A stretch of DNA of 64,000 nt from an uncultured Gemmatimonadaceae bacterium (GTDB lineage: Bacteria; Gemmatimonadota; Gemmatimonadetes; Gemmatimonadales; Gemmatimonadaceae), in contig OY970320.1 of the NCBI GenBank assembly GCA_963716745.1, positions 2,400,001 through 2,464,000 of the forward strand, in the 5' to 3' direction. Shown here piece after piece: positions 10,348 to 20,376 of this stretch. The position numbers were made by a program, and so were the translations under genes. The notes beneath the pieces are model-generated. The model was given only the letters and a program-made list of their open reading frames with translations, was not told the DNA's origin and made no database searches. Position 1 is the stretch's first letter. Each line of letters begins with the position of its first letter.

Positions 10348-11412
10348 TCAGTCGACTCTGGTGAGCCGCGGATTGGGCCGATACTCGCGGCCGCGCTTCG
10401 ACTGCGGCTTGCCCGCGACGCGCACGATGTCGGCGGTGAAATCGAATCGCCCGCCGAAGAGCGACGAGCCCACGCCGTACGAATCCACGGGCACGCCGGC
10501 CTCCTCGAACGCGCGGATCTTCTCCACGGTGAAGCCGCCCGACACGACGATCTTCACGTGACCGAACCCTTCGGCGTCGAGCGCGCGCCGCACGTTCCAT
10601 ACGAGCTGCGGATTCACACCGGTTGGGCGGAAGGTGCCCATCTGCCGCACGATCGATTCGTCCACGATGTTCTCGCTCGTATCGAGGCGCACGCCCCAAA
10701 GCTTGGCGCCGAGCGCGCGCGCGCAGGCGAGGCTGGTATGCACGCAGTCGTTGTCGTAGTCGACGAGCGTGATGATCTGGATCGCGGGATCGGTGTAGCG
10801 CGCGAACTTCTCGGTGGCGAGCACCGTGTTCCCATCGTACGCGGCGATGAGGGCGTGCGGCACGGTGCCGGTGCCGGACGAGCCCCACCAGCTCGCCTGC
10901 GCGTCGGTGGAGACACCGATCGCGCCGGCGATGTGCGCGGCGTAGCCGTCGCCCGTTTGCACGAGCCAGTGATCGTGCCGCGCCGGGAAGAACATCACCG
11001 TCTTGGGGCGCGCGGCATTCACGACGAGCCGCGTGTTGGTGCCGACGCGGGTGCGGCGCGCGAGCACACCCAGATAGAGCGTCTCGAGATGCGCGAAGGC
11101 GGCGTACGGCCCCTCGATCGTCATCACGGTCTCCCAGGGCGCGATCTCATCGCCATCGAACAGCGCGTGCACCTCGAGCGCGCGCCAATCGTCGCTGCAC
11201 AACTTGAGGATGGCGATCGCCTCGTCCATGCCGCCGAGGAAGCCGGGGGCCTTTCCGAACACCTGCATCATGACGCGCGGCGCGTGGTGGTCGGCGATGA
11301 GGATCTCGCGGGCGCGTACGAAATACTTGTCGGAGTAGTAGCCCTCCCGCATGCGCTCCACGGGAAGGTTGAACACCGACGGGTCGAGCCGCGGGCGGTT
11401 TCGGGGCGACAT
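10348..11412 (-). CDS. pncB: Nicotinate phosphoribosyltransferase (QPRTase-like subgroup)
   Basis: YSDKYF, FFPARH, GTVPHALI, VRLDTS, VSGGF, YGVGS; pncA nearby. Confidence 0.75.
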   Translation of the reverse strand: MSPRNRPRLDPSVFNLPVERMREGYYSDKYFVRAREILIADHHAPRVMMQVFGKAPGFLGGMDEAIAILKLCSDDWRALEVHALFDGDEIAPWETVMTIEGPYAAFAHLETLYLGVLARRTRVGTNTRLVVNAARPKTVMFFPARHDHWLVQTGDGYAAHIAGAIGVSTDAQASWWGSSGTGTVPHALIAAYDGNTVLATEKFARYTDPAIQIITLVDYDNDCVHTSLACARALGAKLWGVRLDTSENIVDESIVRQMGTFRPTGVNPQLVWNVRRALDAEGFGHVKIVVSGGFTVEKIRAFEEAGVPVDSYGVGSSLFGGRFDFTADIVRVAGKPQSKRGREYRPNPRLTRVD

Positions 11413-11513
11413 GATCGGGTAGGGTAGCCCCGCGTTCGGCACTCGGCAAGCGCACGTGGTGGCCTTTCGTACACTGGCGGGGAGACACTCGTGCGGGGCA
11501 TCCTTAGCGTCCG

Positions 11514-12398
11514 ATGTCGATGCTCACGGCCAATCTCATCTGTATTGCGCTCGTCGCGCTCGATCTCGCGGCGCGGGCGTGGCGCATCCAGTTCATCCTG
11601 TGGGGCACGCAACACCGGATCTCGTTCTACGATTCGGTGGTGTTGAACTGCGTGGGCGACGTGGCCGCGGCGGCGACGCCGAACCGCATTGGCGGCGAGC
11701 CCGCGCGACTCGGCGGCATGGTGCTCTCGGGCGTGCCGGTGGCGGCGGGTGTAGTGGCGATCGCGATCGAGACCATCGTGATGTGGCCGGTGAATCTCCT
11801 GATCGCGGGGACGCTCGCGGTGCTCTATGCGCCGGAATGGTGGCACACGGCGGGTCCCGCCCTCGAGGATACCGCGGACGATGCGTGGCCGTGGCTCATC
11901 GTGATGGTGATCGCCGGCGTCCTCGCGTGGTGGGCGTTGCGCCGCTACGCGCCGGCGCTATCGCACTCCATGCGGCGCGGCACCAAGCGGGCGTCGGTGT
12001 ACGTGCGGCGCATGCCGATCTGGCCGCTCATCACGTGCGCGGTGATGTCGGGCGTGTCCGTGATGGCGCGCATCGCGATCCTACCCGTGCTGGCGCTCAC
12101 GCTGCCGCATCCGCCGCCGATGGGGCCGCTGTTCTTCGCGTCGTTCGCGCTGATCTACGCGCAGCTGCTGCTGCCGACGCCGTCGGGCGCGGGCGCGGTG
12201 GAGCTCGGATTCCTCGGCGGCGCGGTGGGGAATCTCGGCACCGGATACAAGACGCTGCTGCTCTTCTGGCGATTCTACACGACGGTGCTGCTCGTGATCC
12301 TGGGCATCGCGCTCGGACTCAAGCGGTATGGACGCAAGGCGATCGAGGCGATCGTGCGCGGCCGCGCGGGCGATCCTGAAACGACGGTGGGGCTATGA
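11514..12398 (+). CDS. Lysylphosphatidylglycerol synthase TM / flippase-like membrane protein
   Basis: TPNRIGGEPAR, PTPSGAGAVE, FWRFYT motifs. Confidence 0.8.
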   Translation: MSMLTANLICIALVALDLAARAWRIQFILWGTQHRISFYDSVVLNCVGDVAAAATPNRIGGEPARLGGMVLSGVPVAAGVVAIAIETIVMWPVNLLIAGTLAVLYAPEWWHTAGPALEDTADDAWPWLIVMVIAGVLAWWALRRYAPALSHSMRRGTKRASVYVRRMPIWPLITCAVMSGVSVMARIAILPVLALTLPHPPPMGPLFFASFALIYAQLLLPTPSGAGAVELGFLGGAVGNLGTGYKTLLLFWRFYTTVLLVILGIALGLKRYGRKAIEAIVRGRAGDPETTVGL

Positions 12399-13999
12399 AG
12401 CATTGGAGACTGACGGCGATCGTGATGGCGGCGTTGGCGCTCGCGGCGTATGACGGCGGCGACGCGCCGCGCCCACTCGAGATCAGATATTGGGTGGCGG
12501 CGCCGGATCCGTCGGCGCACCGGTTCGCGGTGCAGATGAGCGTGGGCGGGATCGCCGACGATTCTGTGTTGTTGCAGATGCCGGTGTGGTCGCCCGGACG
12601 GTACGCGGAAATGGATTTCGCGCGGAACGTGCAGCACTTCGAGGTCGCCGACGCGAACGGCAAACCGGTGGCGTACGATCTCGTGACGGGATCGCGGTGG
12701 CGGCTGCACACGCACGGCGTGAAGAGCGTGCGCGTGTCGTATCTGGTGTTCGCGAACAATCTGTCGGGCACGTTCAGCGTGGCCGACACGGCGCACCTCA
12801 ACTGGAACGGCGCCTCGCTGTTCGCCTACGTGGTGGGGCACAAGGCTGACCCGGTGCGGCTCACGATCGTGCCGCCCGGCGGATGGCACGTGATCAACGG
12901 CGCGAGCGTCACGAACGACCAGACGGAATTCACGTTCGCCAACTACGACATCCTGATCGACACGCCCACCGAGGTCGCGCCGTCGTTCAACGTGGACAGC
13001 TTCACCGTGGATGGCCGGCTGTACCGCGCGGTGACGCACTTGAGCCGGGCCAACGATGCGACGCAGCGTGCGCGCTTCGTGCGCGATGTCGAGAAGATCG
13101 TGCGCTATGAGAATGGCGTGATCGCGCCGCCGCCGATCCCGATGTACACGTTCCTGTTCAACATCGGATTCGGCGGGGGCGACGGCATGGAGCACCTCGC
13201 GTCCACGCAGATCATCAACTCCCGCACGTGGAGCGACACCGCCGTGTTGCTCGCCGGCGTGAGCACCGCGAGCCACGAATACTTCCACGTATGGAACGTG
13301 AAGCGCATCCGTCCCGCGGCGCTCGGCCCGTTCGACTACGAGCATGCGCAGTACGAGCCGAGCCTATGGGTGGCGGAGGGATGGACCAATTACTACGGGA
13401 ACATCGGGCTCGTGCGCGCGGGAGTGGGCGATCGCGCGGCGTACTACAAGGAACTCGGCGGCGTGATCACGTACAATCTCACGTTGCCGGCTCGGCGCAC
13501 GGTGTCGGCACGCATGTCGAGCACCATCGCGCCGTTCTGGGACGGGGCGGCGACGCCAATGCAGGTGGAAGCAAAGGAGAGTTTCATCTCCTATTACACG
13601 AAGGGCGAGGCGCTCGCGCTGGTGCTCGATCTCGACATCCGCGAGATGACGGCCGGCACGAAGTCGCTGGACGACGTGCTGCGCGCGCTCAAGAAACGGT
13701 CGTGGGATGCGAAGAGCGCGAGTTATTATCTTCAGGGTCGCGGATATTCCGAGGCCGACGTGGAGAGCGCGGCGAGCGAGGTGGCGGGGCGCGACCTGCA
13801 CGCGTGGTTCGAGCGGTACGTGGGCGGCACCGAGGATCCGCCGTTCGCGGCGTCGCTGTCGGCCGTGGGGATCACCGTGACCGAGAAGGGGGAGGGCGCG
13901 TCGCGCGAGTTCGTCGTGGAGGAGGATCCGGCGGCAACACCGGCGCAGATCGCGCGGCGGGACCAATGGTTGAGCGGCACCAACGGGGGAGCGCACTGA
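12395..13999 (+). CDS. M61 glycyl aminopeptidase family metallopeptidase, secreted
   Basis: MPVWSPGRY, GMEH, HEYFHVWNVKRIRP, WVAEGWTNYY, SYYTKG. Confidence 0.9.
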   Translation: MKHWRLTAIVMAALALAAYDGGDAPRPLEIRYWVAAPDPSAHRFAVQMSVGGIADDSVLLQMPVWSPGRYAEMDFARNVQHFEVADANGKPVAYDLVTGSRWRLHTHGVKSVRVSYLVFANNLSGTFSVADTAHLNWNGASLFAYVVGHKADPVRLTIVPPGGWHVINGASVTNDQTEFTFANYDILIDTPTEVAPSFNVDSFTVDGRLYRAVTHLSRANDATQRARFVRDVEKIVRYENGVIAPPPIPMYTFLFNIGFGGGDGMEHLASTQIINSRTWSDTAVLLAGVSTASHEYFHVWNVKRIRPAALGPFDYEHAQYEPSLWVAEGWTNYYGNIGLVRAGVGDRAAYYKELGGVITYNLTLPARRTVSARMSSTIAPFWDGAATPMQVEAKESFISYYTKGEALALVLDLDIREMTAGTKSLDDVLRALKKRSWDAKSASYYLQGRGYSEADVESAASEVAGRDLHAWFERYVGGTEDPPFAASLSAVGITVTEKGEGASREFVVEEDPAATPAQIARRDQWLSGTNGGAH

Positions 14000-14000
14000 G

Positions 14001-14642
14001 ATGAAGCGGCCGGTGATCTTCTGGGATGTGGACACGCAGCACGATTTCATGGATGCGAACGGCAAGCTCTACGTGCCGGGCGCGGAGGAGATCAAGCCGC
14101 TGCTGAAGCGGCTCACGGACTACGCGCACGAGAAGAAGATCCAGATCGTCGCGTCGAGCGACGATCACGTGGCGGAGCATCGCGAGCTCTCGGCGTCGCC
14201 CGATTTCAACGAGACATTCCCCGAGCATTGCATGCGCGGCACGCCAGGCGCGGAGAAGATCGCGGAGACGGCGCTCGTGTCGCCGTTCATCCTCGAGCCC
14301 GAGGCGCGGCCGCACGAAGAACTCGCGCGCACGCTGTGGGGCTACGCCGGCGACGTGCTCATCCGGAAGCACTGGTTCGATGTGTTCACGAACCCGAACA
14401 CCGAGAGCCTGATCGAAGCGTGGGATCCCACTGAGATCGTGGTCTACGGTGTGGCGCTCGATGTGTGCGACAAGTACGCGATCGACGGATTCATCGAACG
14501 CGGCGTGCCGCGGATCCATCTCGTGCTCGACGCCACGCGCGCGATTCATCCGGAGCGCACGGCGGCGCTCGTGGAAGAGTGGAAGCGCCAGGAAGTGGAG
14601 ATCGTCTCCACGGAGGACGTGGTGTGCGGCCGGGTGGTGTAG
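14001..14642 (+). CDS. pncA: Nicotinamidase/pyrazinamidase (isochorismatase family)
   Basis: DVDTQHDF, DDH, FPEHC, GVALDVC catalytic motifs. Confidence 0.85.
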   Translation: MKRPVIFWDVDTQHDFMDANGKLYVPGAEEIKPLLKRLTDYAHEKKIQIVASSDDHVAEHRELSASPDFNETFPEHCMRGTPGAEKIAETALVSPFILEPEARPHEELARTLWGYAGDVLIRKHWFDVFTNPNTESLIEAWDPTEIVVYGVALDVCDKYAIDGFIERGVPRIHLVLDATRAIHPERTAALVEEWKRQEVEIVSTEDVVCGRVV

Positions 14643-15734
14643 CGGGGAGGTTCTTCCTCCCGGGGCCCACCGAAGTGCGGCCGGAGATCCTCTCGGCGAT
14701 GGGGCGGCGGATGATCCCGCATCGCGTCCGCGGCGATGCGCGAGATCCTCGCGCGCGTGCATCCGAGGCTGCAGCCGATCATCGGCACCGCGCGGCCGGT
14801 GTATGTCGCGAGCAGCTCAGCGACCGGCATGATGGAGGCGGCGGTGCGCTGCGGCACGCGCCAGCGTGTGCTCGCGCTGGTGTGCGGCGCGTTCGGCGAG
14901 CGCTTCGCGAAGATCGCGGAAGCATGCGGCCGCGACGTGACGCGCGTGACCGTGCCGCCGGGCGATGTGGTGACGGTGGAGCAGCTGGCGATCGCGCTCG
15001 AACATGGATCGTACGACGCGGTGACGTGCGTGCACGTGGAGACATCGACGGGCGTCGTGTCCGACGTGGAAGCATACGCGCGGATCACGCGCGAGCGGCC
15101 GGAGCTCGTGCTCATCGTGGACGCGGTGGCGAGCGCGGGCGGGATGCCGGTGCGCATGGACGCGTGGGGCGCGGATGTGGTGGTGTTCGCGTCGCAGAAG
15201 GCGCTGGCGGTGCCGCCGGGCCTCGCGTTCGCCGCGTGCTCCGAGCGCGCGATGGAGCGGTGTCTGTCGCTGCCGGGACGGGGGATCTACCTCGACTTCG
15301 CGCGCTATGATGAAATGTGGCGGAGAGGCGAGACGCTCGGCACGCCGGCGCTGAGTGTGGTGTTCGCGCTGGACGAGCAATTGGATCGCATCGAGGCGGA
15401 GGGGCTTGAGCACCGGTTCGAGCGCCATGCGGCGATGCGAGCGGCGGTCACGAAATGGGTCGCGGCGGCACATGCGCGGCACGTGCCAGTCTCGTTCCTT
15501 GCGGCCCAGGAGTTACGAGCGCCGACGGTGAGTTGTTTGCGCTTCGACGGGGACTGTGCGGATCTCGTGGAGCGGCTGAGACTGCGAGGCTATGTGATCG
15601 GGGCGGGATATGGGGCGCTCGCGAAGGAAACGATCCGCATCGGACACATGGGGGATCACACGGTCGCGGAGACTGATGCGTTGCTGGGTGCGATGACTGA
15701 ATCGATCATCGAGGGGGTCTCGCTCACGACGTAA
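14624..15734 (+). CDS. Class V PLP aminotransferase (serine-pyruvate/alanine-glyoxylate type), frameshift ~14725
   Basis: GTG 14624 after GGAGGA; FLPGPTEV then HVETSTG, DAVAS, SQKALAVPPG, RIGHMG in the next frame. Confidence 0.85.
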
Positions 15735-15901
15735 CTGCGTGGTGGTACCGCTGACGGCGGGACTGGTACCGCTAACGGCGGGATTGGCGTTGGATACGGC
15801 TGGGGGCCGGCGCGCATGCGCCGGCCCCCATTGAATCATCCAACGCTAACGCGCCGTTTGCGGTACCAGTTCCGCCGTCTGCGGTACCAGTCCCGCCGTT
15901 A
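15732..15901. repeat. Fold-back element C with 21-bp tandem units and central 13-bp hairpin
   Basis: TGGTACCGC(T/A)(G/A)ACGGCGGGAC-like units on both arms; inner TGGGGGCCGGCGC-GCAT-GCGCCGGCCCCCA at 15801-15830. Confidence 0.9.
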
Positions 15902-16450
15902 TCGTACTTTGGCCTTCCCACCCATTCGCTCGACGAATACCTCTCTCAGCCCCTCGAGCGTCTCCGGCCACACCACGGCGCGCTTGGGCAGGTAGTAGGC
16001 GGATCGATTCGCGAAGATGAGAAAGAACTCCGGCGTCTCCGTCGTGAGATTCACATCCCGCCACGCGAACTTGTCCTCGAACGTCTCGCCCGCGATGCTC
16101 AGGCCGCGCGCGTCGAAGGTGTAGCGCCGCTCCTGCAGCGTGAGAGGATTGTTCAGCAGCTGACGCCGCGCGGCGCGCTGTACGCGGCCGCGGCGCCACA
16201 GCAGCAGCGCGGCGAGAAAGGCGGCCGGCACGCCGATCCAGATCATCAGGTCCACCGGCGGCTGCTTGGTGGTCCACCAGCGCCACGCGATGGCACCGGC
16301 GCCGGCGAGGGCGAGCAGGACGAGCGCCACCATGCGGAGCTCGCGCGTGATGCGCCGCAACTTCTTCGCGTGGTACGCCTGCAGCGCGCTCACCGCCCGC
16401 ACATGCTCGGCGGGGGTGACGCGCCAGATCACGGTGCACGAGTTGGGCAT
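15899..16450 (-). CDS. YcxB-family membrane protein
   Basis: 2 TM helices then FAWRDVNLTTETPEFFLIF...YLPKRA. Confidence 0.7.
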   Translation of the reverse strand: MPNSCTVIWRVTPAEHVRAVSALQAYHAKKLRRITRELRMVALVLLALAGAGAIAWRWWTTKQPPVDLMIWIGVPAAFLAALLLWRRGRVQRAARRQLLNNPLTLQERRYTFDARGLSIAGETFEDKFAWRDVNLTTETPEFFLIFANRSAYYLPKRAVVWPETLEGLREVFVERMGGKAKVR

Positions 16451-16456
16451 GGTGCG

Positions 16457-17929
16457 TTACGTTCCCGCGAGGAGCGCGCCCGGCAGCGGCATCTCGCTCG
16501 TCGCGCCGCCCGCCGGCATCTCCAATGTCGGACCCGCGGTGGGCATCTCGGTGGTTTGCGTTTGCCCGGAGCGTTCGATGCTCTCGGCCAAGCGGAAGGC
16601 CGACACGAGAGCCAAGAGTCGCTGCGACGCTTCGGCGAGCGCGCTCGCGGAGGCGGTGATCTCCTGCGTCGTGGCGCTCTGCTGTTCGCTCGCGGCGGCC
16701 ACCTGCTGCATGGACGCGGCGAAGTTCTCGGTGCCGTGCGCCAGGCCGTCGAGGCGAACCGTGGCCTGCAGGATCAGTTCGGTGCTCTCGCCGGCGGTGC
16801 GCTCGATCTCCTTGGTCCAGCTCTCGGCATCGCGCACGGCGCGTTCCACCTGCGCGAAACTCTCGAGCGCGCTGCGCGTGGCGAGCTGCACCGTGCCGAG
16901 CGTCTCGCGCGTGCGCTGGCTGGCCTCGCGAGATTCTTCGACGCGCGCGAGCACGCCAGCCACCGTCGCGGCGGTACGCTCCGCGGCGTCGGCGGAACTC
17001 GCCGCGAGCTTGCGGATCTCGGCGGCGACGACGGCGAATCCTTCGCCCTGCTCGCCGGCGCGCGCGGCCTCCATGCTGGCGTTGAGCGCGAGCAGCTTCG
17101 ACTGGCGGGCGATGCGCCGCACGAGCGTGACGAACGCGCCGATCTCCTGCGACGCGGCGGCGAGCGCTTCGGCGCTCTCGGCGGAGCGCGCGGCGTCGGC
17201 GCCCACCGTGGCGAGCGCGGCGTTGCTCGCGTCGAGGCGCTCGCGGTTCTGCGCGGCGAGCACGCTGAGCTTGGCGTTGCGCGCGACGCCGTCGCGCGCG
17301 CCGTTCGTGAGACTCGTCGAATTCCGCATGAGCAGCGCGGCGTCCACCGCGCTCTCGGCGATCGAGCGCGCCATCTCGGAGGACTGGTGGCTCAAGTCCG
17401 CGGACGTCTGCGCCATCTCGCTCGCGGCGGCACTCATCTCCTCCGTGCCCGACGTGATCTGGACCGACATCGCGGCCGTTTCGGCGGCGGATTCGCGGAT
17501 CGCCATCACGAGGCGGCGGAGTTCGAGCACCATCGCCTCGGTGGCGCGCGAGAGGCGGCCCATCTCGTCGTCGTCGCGCGTGGCGTCCGGCAGGCTCGAC
17601 AGATCGCCGCCCGCGACGCGCTCGGCGCTCTCGGCGAGCACCGAGGCGGGGCGCGTGACGCGTCGCGCGACGTAGCGGCTCACGAAGAAGAGCAGCACCT
17701 GGATGAGCGCGAGGATGACCGCGGCGCCGAGCATGATGCGATCGTGCGCGGCGTCGTACTCGTCGATCGGGCGGCCGGCGAGCAGCGCGTCCACCCAGCG
17801 CATGAGCCCCCACGCGAGGGTGCCGACCACGACGAGCGACACGATGCCGAACATCGCGGCGATGCGCGCCTGGATGCCGCTATGGAGGCGCGCTCGCTTG
17901 TGGGGCTTGGTCGTGCGGCTAGATTTCAC
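16457..17929 (-). CDS. Methyl-accepting chemotaxis protein (TM-TM-HAMP-signalling), start uncertain
   Basis: DEMGRL HAMP motif; [31 protein letters not shown] hairpin tip. Confidence 0.9.
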   Translation of the reverse strand: MKSSRTTKPHKRARLHSGIQARIAAMFGIVSLVVVGTLAWGLMRWVDALLAGRPIDEYDAAHDRIMLGAAVILALIQVLLFFVSRYVARRVTRPASVLAESAERVAGGDLSSLPDATRDDDEMGRLSRATEAMVLELRRLVMAIRESAAETAAMSVQITSGTEEMSAAASEMAQTSADLSHQSSEMARSIAESAVDAALLMRNSTSLTNGARDGVARNAKLSVLAAQNRERLDASNAALATVGADAARSAESAEALAAASQEIGAFVTLVRRIARQSKLLALNASMEAARAGEQGEGFAVVAAEIRKLAASSADAAERTAATVAGVLARVEESREASQRTRETLGTVQLATRSALESFAQVERAVRDAESWTKEIERTAGESTELILQATVRLDGLAHGTENFAASMQQVAAASEQQSATTQEITASASALAEASQRLLALVSAFRLAESIERSGQTQTTEMPTAGPTLEMPAGGATSEMPLPGALLAGT

Positions 17930-17937
17930 GGCCCACC

Positions 17938-20376
17938 ATGACACACTCCGCGTCCGGTCAGGATCCAGAGAACGAGCATCCGTACGAGCCGGCCGCCATC
18001 GAGCAGAAATGGCAGGCGCGGTGGGAGGCAGCGCACACGAATTCGCCGGACCTCGACCGCGCGCCGCGCCCGTACTACCAGCTGATGATGTTCCCCTATC
18101 CGAGTGCCGAGGGACTGCACGTCGGCAACGTGTTCGCGTTCACGGGGAACGACATCCATGGACGATTTCAGCGCCTCAAGGGGCACAGCGTTTTCGAGCC
18201 GATCGGCTTCGATGCGTTCGGCATCCACTCGGAGAATCACGCGCTCAAGACGGGCACGCATCCGGGCGATCTGATCCCGCGGAACATCGCGAACTTCCGG
18301 CGCCAGCTGCGGCGCGTGGGGCTCATGGTGGACTGGACGCGCGAGCTGTCCACCACCGATCCGCGCTACTACAAGTGGACGCAGTGGATCTTCCTGCAGC
18401 TGCTGCGACGCGGTCTCGCGTACAAGAAGGAAGCGGCGGTGAACTGGTGCCCGTTCGACAAGACCGTGCTCGCGAACGAGCAAGTGGAGCACGGGCTGTG
18501 CGAGCGCTGCGGCACGAAAGTGGAGCAGCGCCTGCTGGCGCAGTGGTTCTTCCGGATCAGCGACTACGCGCCGCGCCTGCTCAAGAATCTGGAGACGATC
18601 GATTGGTCGTCGACGACCACCACGGCGCAGCGGAACTGGATCGGCCGGTCGGAGGGCGCGGCGATCTCGTTCGCGACCGACGGCGGCGAGGCGATCGAGG
18701 TGTTCACGACGCGGCCGGACACGATCTTCGGCGCGACGTACCTCGTGCTCGCCCCCGAGCATCCGCTGCTGCAGACGATCACCGCCGCGGCGCACCGTGC
18801 CGAGGTGGATGCGTACCGCGCGCAGACCAGCATGCAGGATCTGATCGCGCGCAAGACCAACAAGACGAAGACCGGCGCATTCACCGGCGCGTACGCCGTG
18901 AATCCCGCGACGGGCACGCGGATCCCGGTGTGGACGTCGGACTATGTGCTCATGGACTACGGCACCGGCGCGATCATGGCGGTGCCGGGGCATGATGAGC
19001 GCGACTTCGAGTTCGCGACGGCGTTCAAGCTGCCGATCGTTCGCGTCGTGGCGGCGGAAGGAGATGACGCACGCACGCCGCTCGATGAATCGTTCGCGGG
19101 TGAAGGGCGCGTGGTGAACTCGGCGGAGTTCGACGGGCTGTCGAGCGGCGAGGCCGCGCAGCGGATCATCGCGTGGCTCGCGGAGCGGGGCACGGCGCGC
19201 ACGGTCACGAACTATCGGCTGCACGATTGGTGCATCTCGCGTCAGCGGTACTGGGGGCCGCCGATCCCGATCATCTATTGCGATGAATGCGGGATGCAGG
19301 CAGTGCCGGAGAAGGACCTGCCCGTGATACTGCCGCACATCGATGACTTCCGTCCCGATGACACGGGGGTAAGCCCGCTCGCGCGGCACGAGGAGTGGTA
19401 TCGCGTGCCCTGTCCCGAGTGCGGGAAGATGGCGCGCCGCGAGACCGACGTGTCGGACACGTTCCTCGATAGCGCGTGGTATTTCCTGCGCTATCCGTGC
19501 ACCGAGTACGACGACGTGCCGTTCACCGCGGAGCGGATGAAGCGCTGGCTGCCGGTGGATTCGTACATCGGCGGCAACGAGCACGCCGTGCTGCATCTGC
19601 TATACACGCGGTTCATCACCATGGTGCTGAACGACGCGGGGTATCTCGCGTTCGAGGAACCGTTCAAGAAATTCCGCGCGCACGGGCTGATCATCCGCGA
19701 CGGCGCGAAGATGTCCAAGACCAAAGGCAACGTCGTGAATCCCGACGAGTACGTGGAGCGTTGGGGGGCGGACGCGTTCCGAACGTACCTGATGTTCCTG
19801 GGCCCGTTCGAAGAGGGCGGCGACTTTCGCGATCAGGGGATCTCGGGCGTCGCGCGATTCCTGGATCGGCTGTGGGCGTCGGTGGATCGCGCGACCACCG
19901 CGGGCGCGCCCGACGCGGCAGTGATGCGCAAGCTGCACCAGACCATCAAGAAAGTGGGCGAGGACATTCCGCGGCTGAGCTACAACACCGCGATCGCGGC
20001 GATGATGGAGTACATGAACACCCTGCGCGCGGGCGAGCGCACCGTGCATCGCGCGGAGGTGGAACCGCTCGTGCCGCTCGTCGCGCCATTCGCGCCGCAC
20101 ATTGCCGAGGAGCTCTGGGAGTTCCTCGGGCACAAGGCGAGCGTGTTCGAGGGCACGTGGCCGGCGTTCGACGCGCAACTAGCGACCGAAGATGAAGTAG
20201 AACTGGCCGTGCAAGTGAACGGCAAGCTGCGCGGCACATTGCGCGTGGCGAAGACCATCGCGCAGGCGGACGCGCTCGCGCTGGCGATGAGCGATCCATC
20301 GATCGCGAAGTTCGTGACCGGCCCGACTAAGAAGGTGGTGTTCGTGCCGGGGCGGTTGTTGAATCTCGTGGTGTAA
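17938..20376 (+). CDS. leuS: Leucine--tRNA ligase
   Basis: MFPYPS, HVGN (HIGH), FTTRPDT editing domain, [13 protein letters not shown]. Confidence 0.97.
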   Translation: MTHSASGQDPENEHPYEPAAIEQKWQARWEAAHTNSPDLDRAPRPYYQLMMFPYPSAEGLHVGNVFAFTGNDIHGRFQRLKGHSVFEPIGFDAFGIHSENHALKTGTHPGDLIPRNIANFRRQLRRVGLMVDWTRELSTTDPRYYKWTQWIFLQLLRRGLAYKKEAAVNWCPFDKTVLANEQVEHGLCERCGTKVEQRLLAQWFFRISDYAPRLLKNLETIDWSSTTTTAQRNWIGRSEGAAISFATDGGEAIEVFTTRPDTIFGATYLVLAPEHPLLQTITAAAHRAEVDAYRAQTSMQDLIARKTNKTKTGAFTGAYAVNPATGTRIPVWTSDYVLMDYGTGAIMAVPGHDERDFEFATAFKLPIVRVVAAEGDDARTPLDESFAGEGRVVNSAEFDGLSSGEAAQRIIAWLAERGTARTVTNYRLHDWCISRQRYWGPPIPIIYCDECGMQAVPEKDLPVILPHIDDFRPDDTGVSPLARHEEWYRVPCPECGKMARRETDVSDTFLDSAWYFLRYPCTEYDDVPFTAERMKRWLPVDSYIGGNEHAVLHLLYTRFITMVLNDAGYLAFEEPFKKFRAHGLIIRDGAKMSKTKGNVVNPDEYVERWGADAFRTYLMFLGPFEEGGDFRDQGISGVARFLDRLWASVDRATTAGAPDAAVMRKLHQTIKKVGEDIPRLSYNTAIAAMMEYMNTLRAGERTVHRAEVEPLVPLVAPFAPHIAEELWEFLGHKASVFEGTWPAFDAQLATEDEVELAVQVNGKLRGTLRVAKTIAQADALALAMSDPSIAKFVTGPTKKVVFVPGRLLNLVV

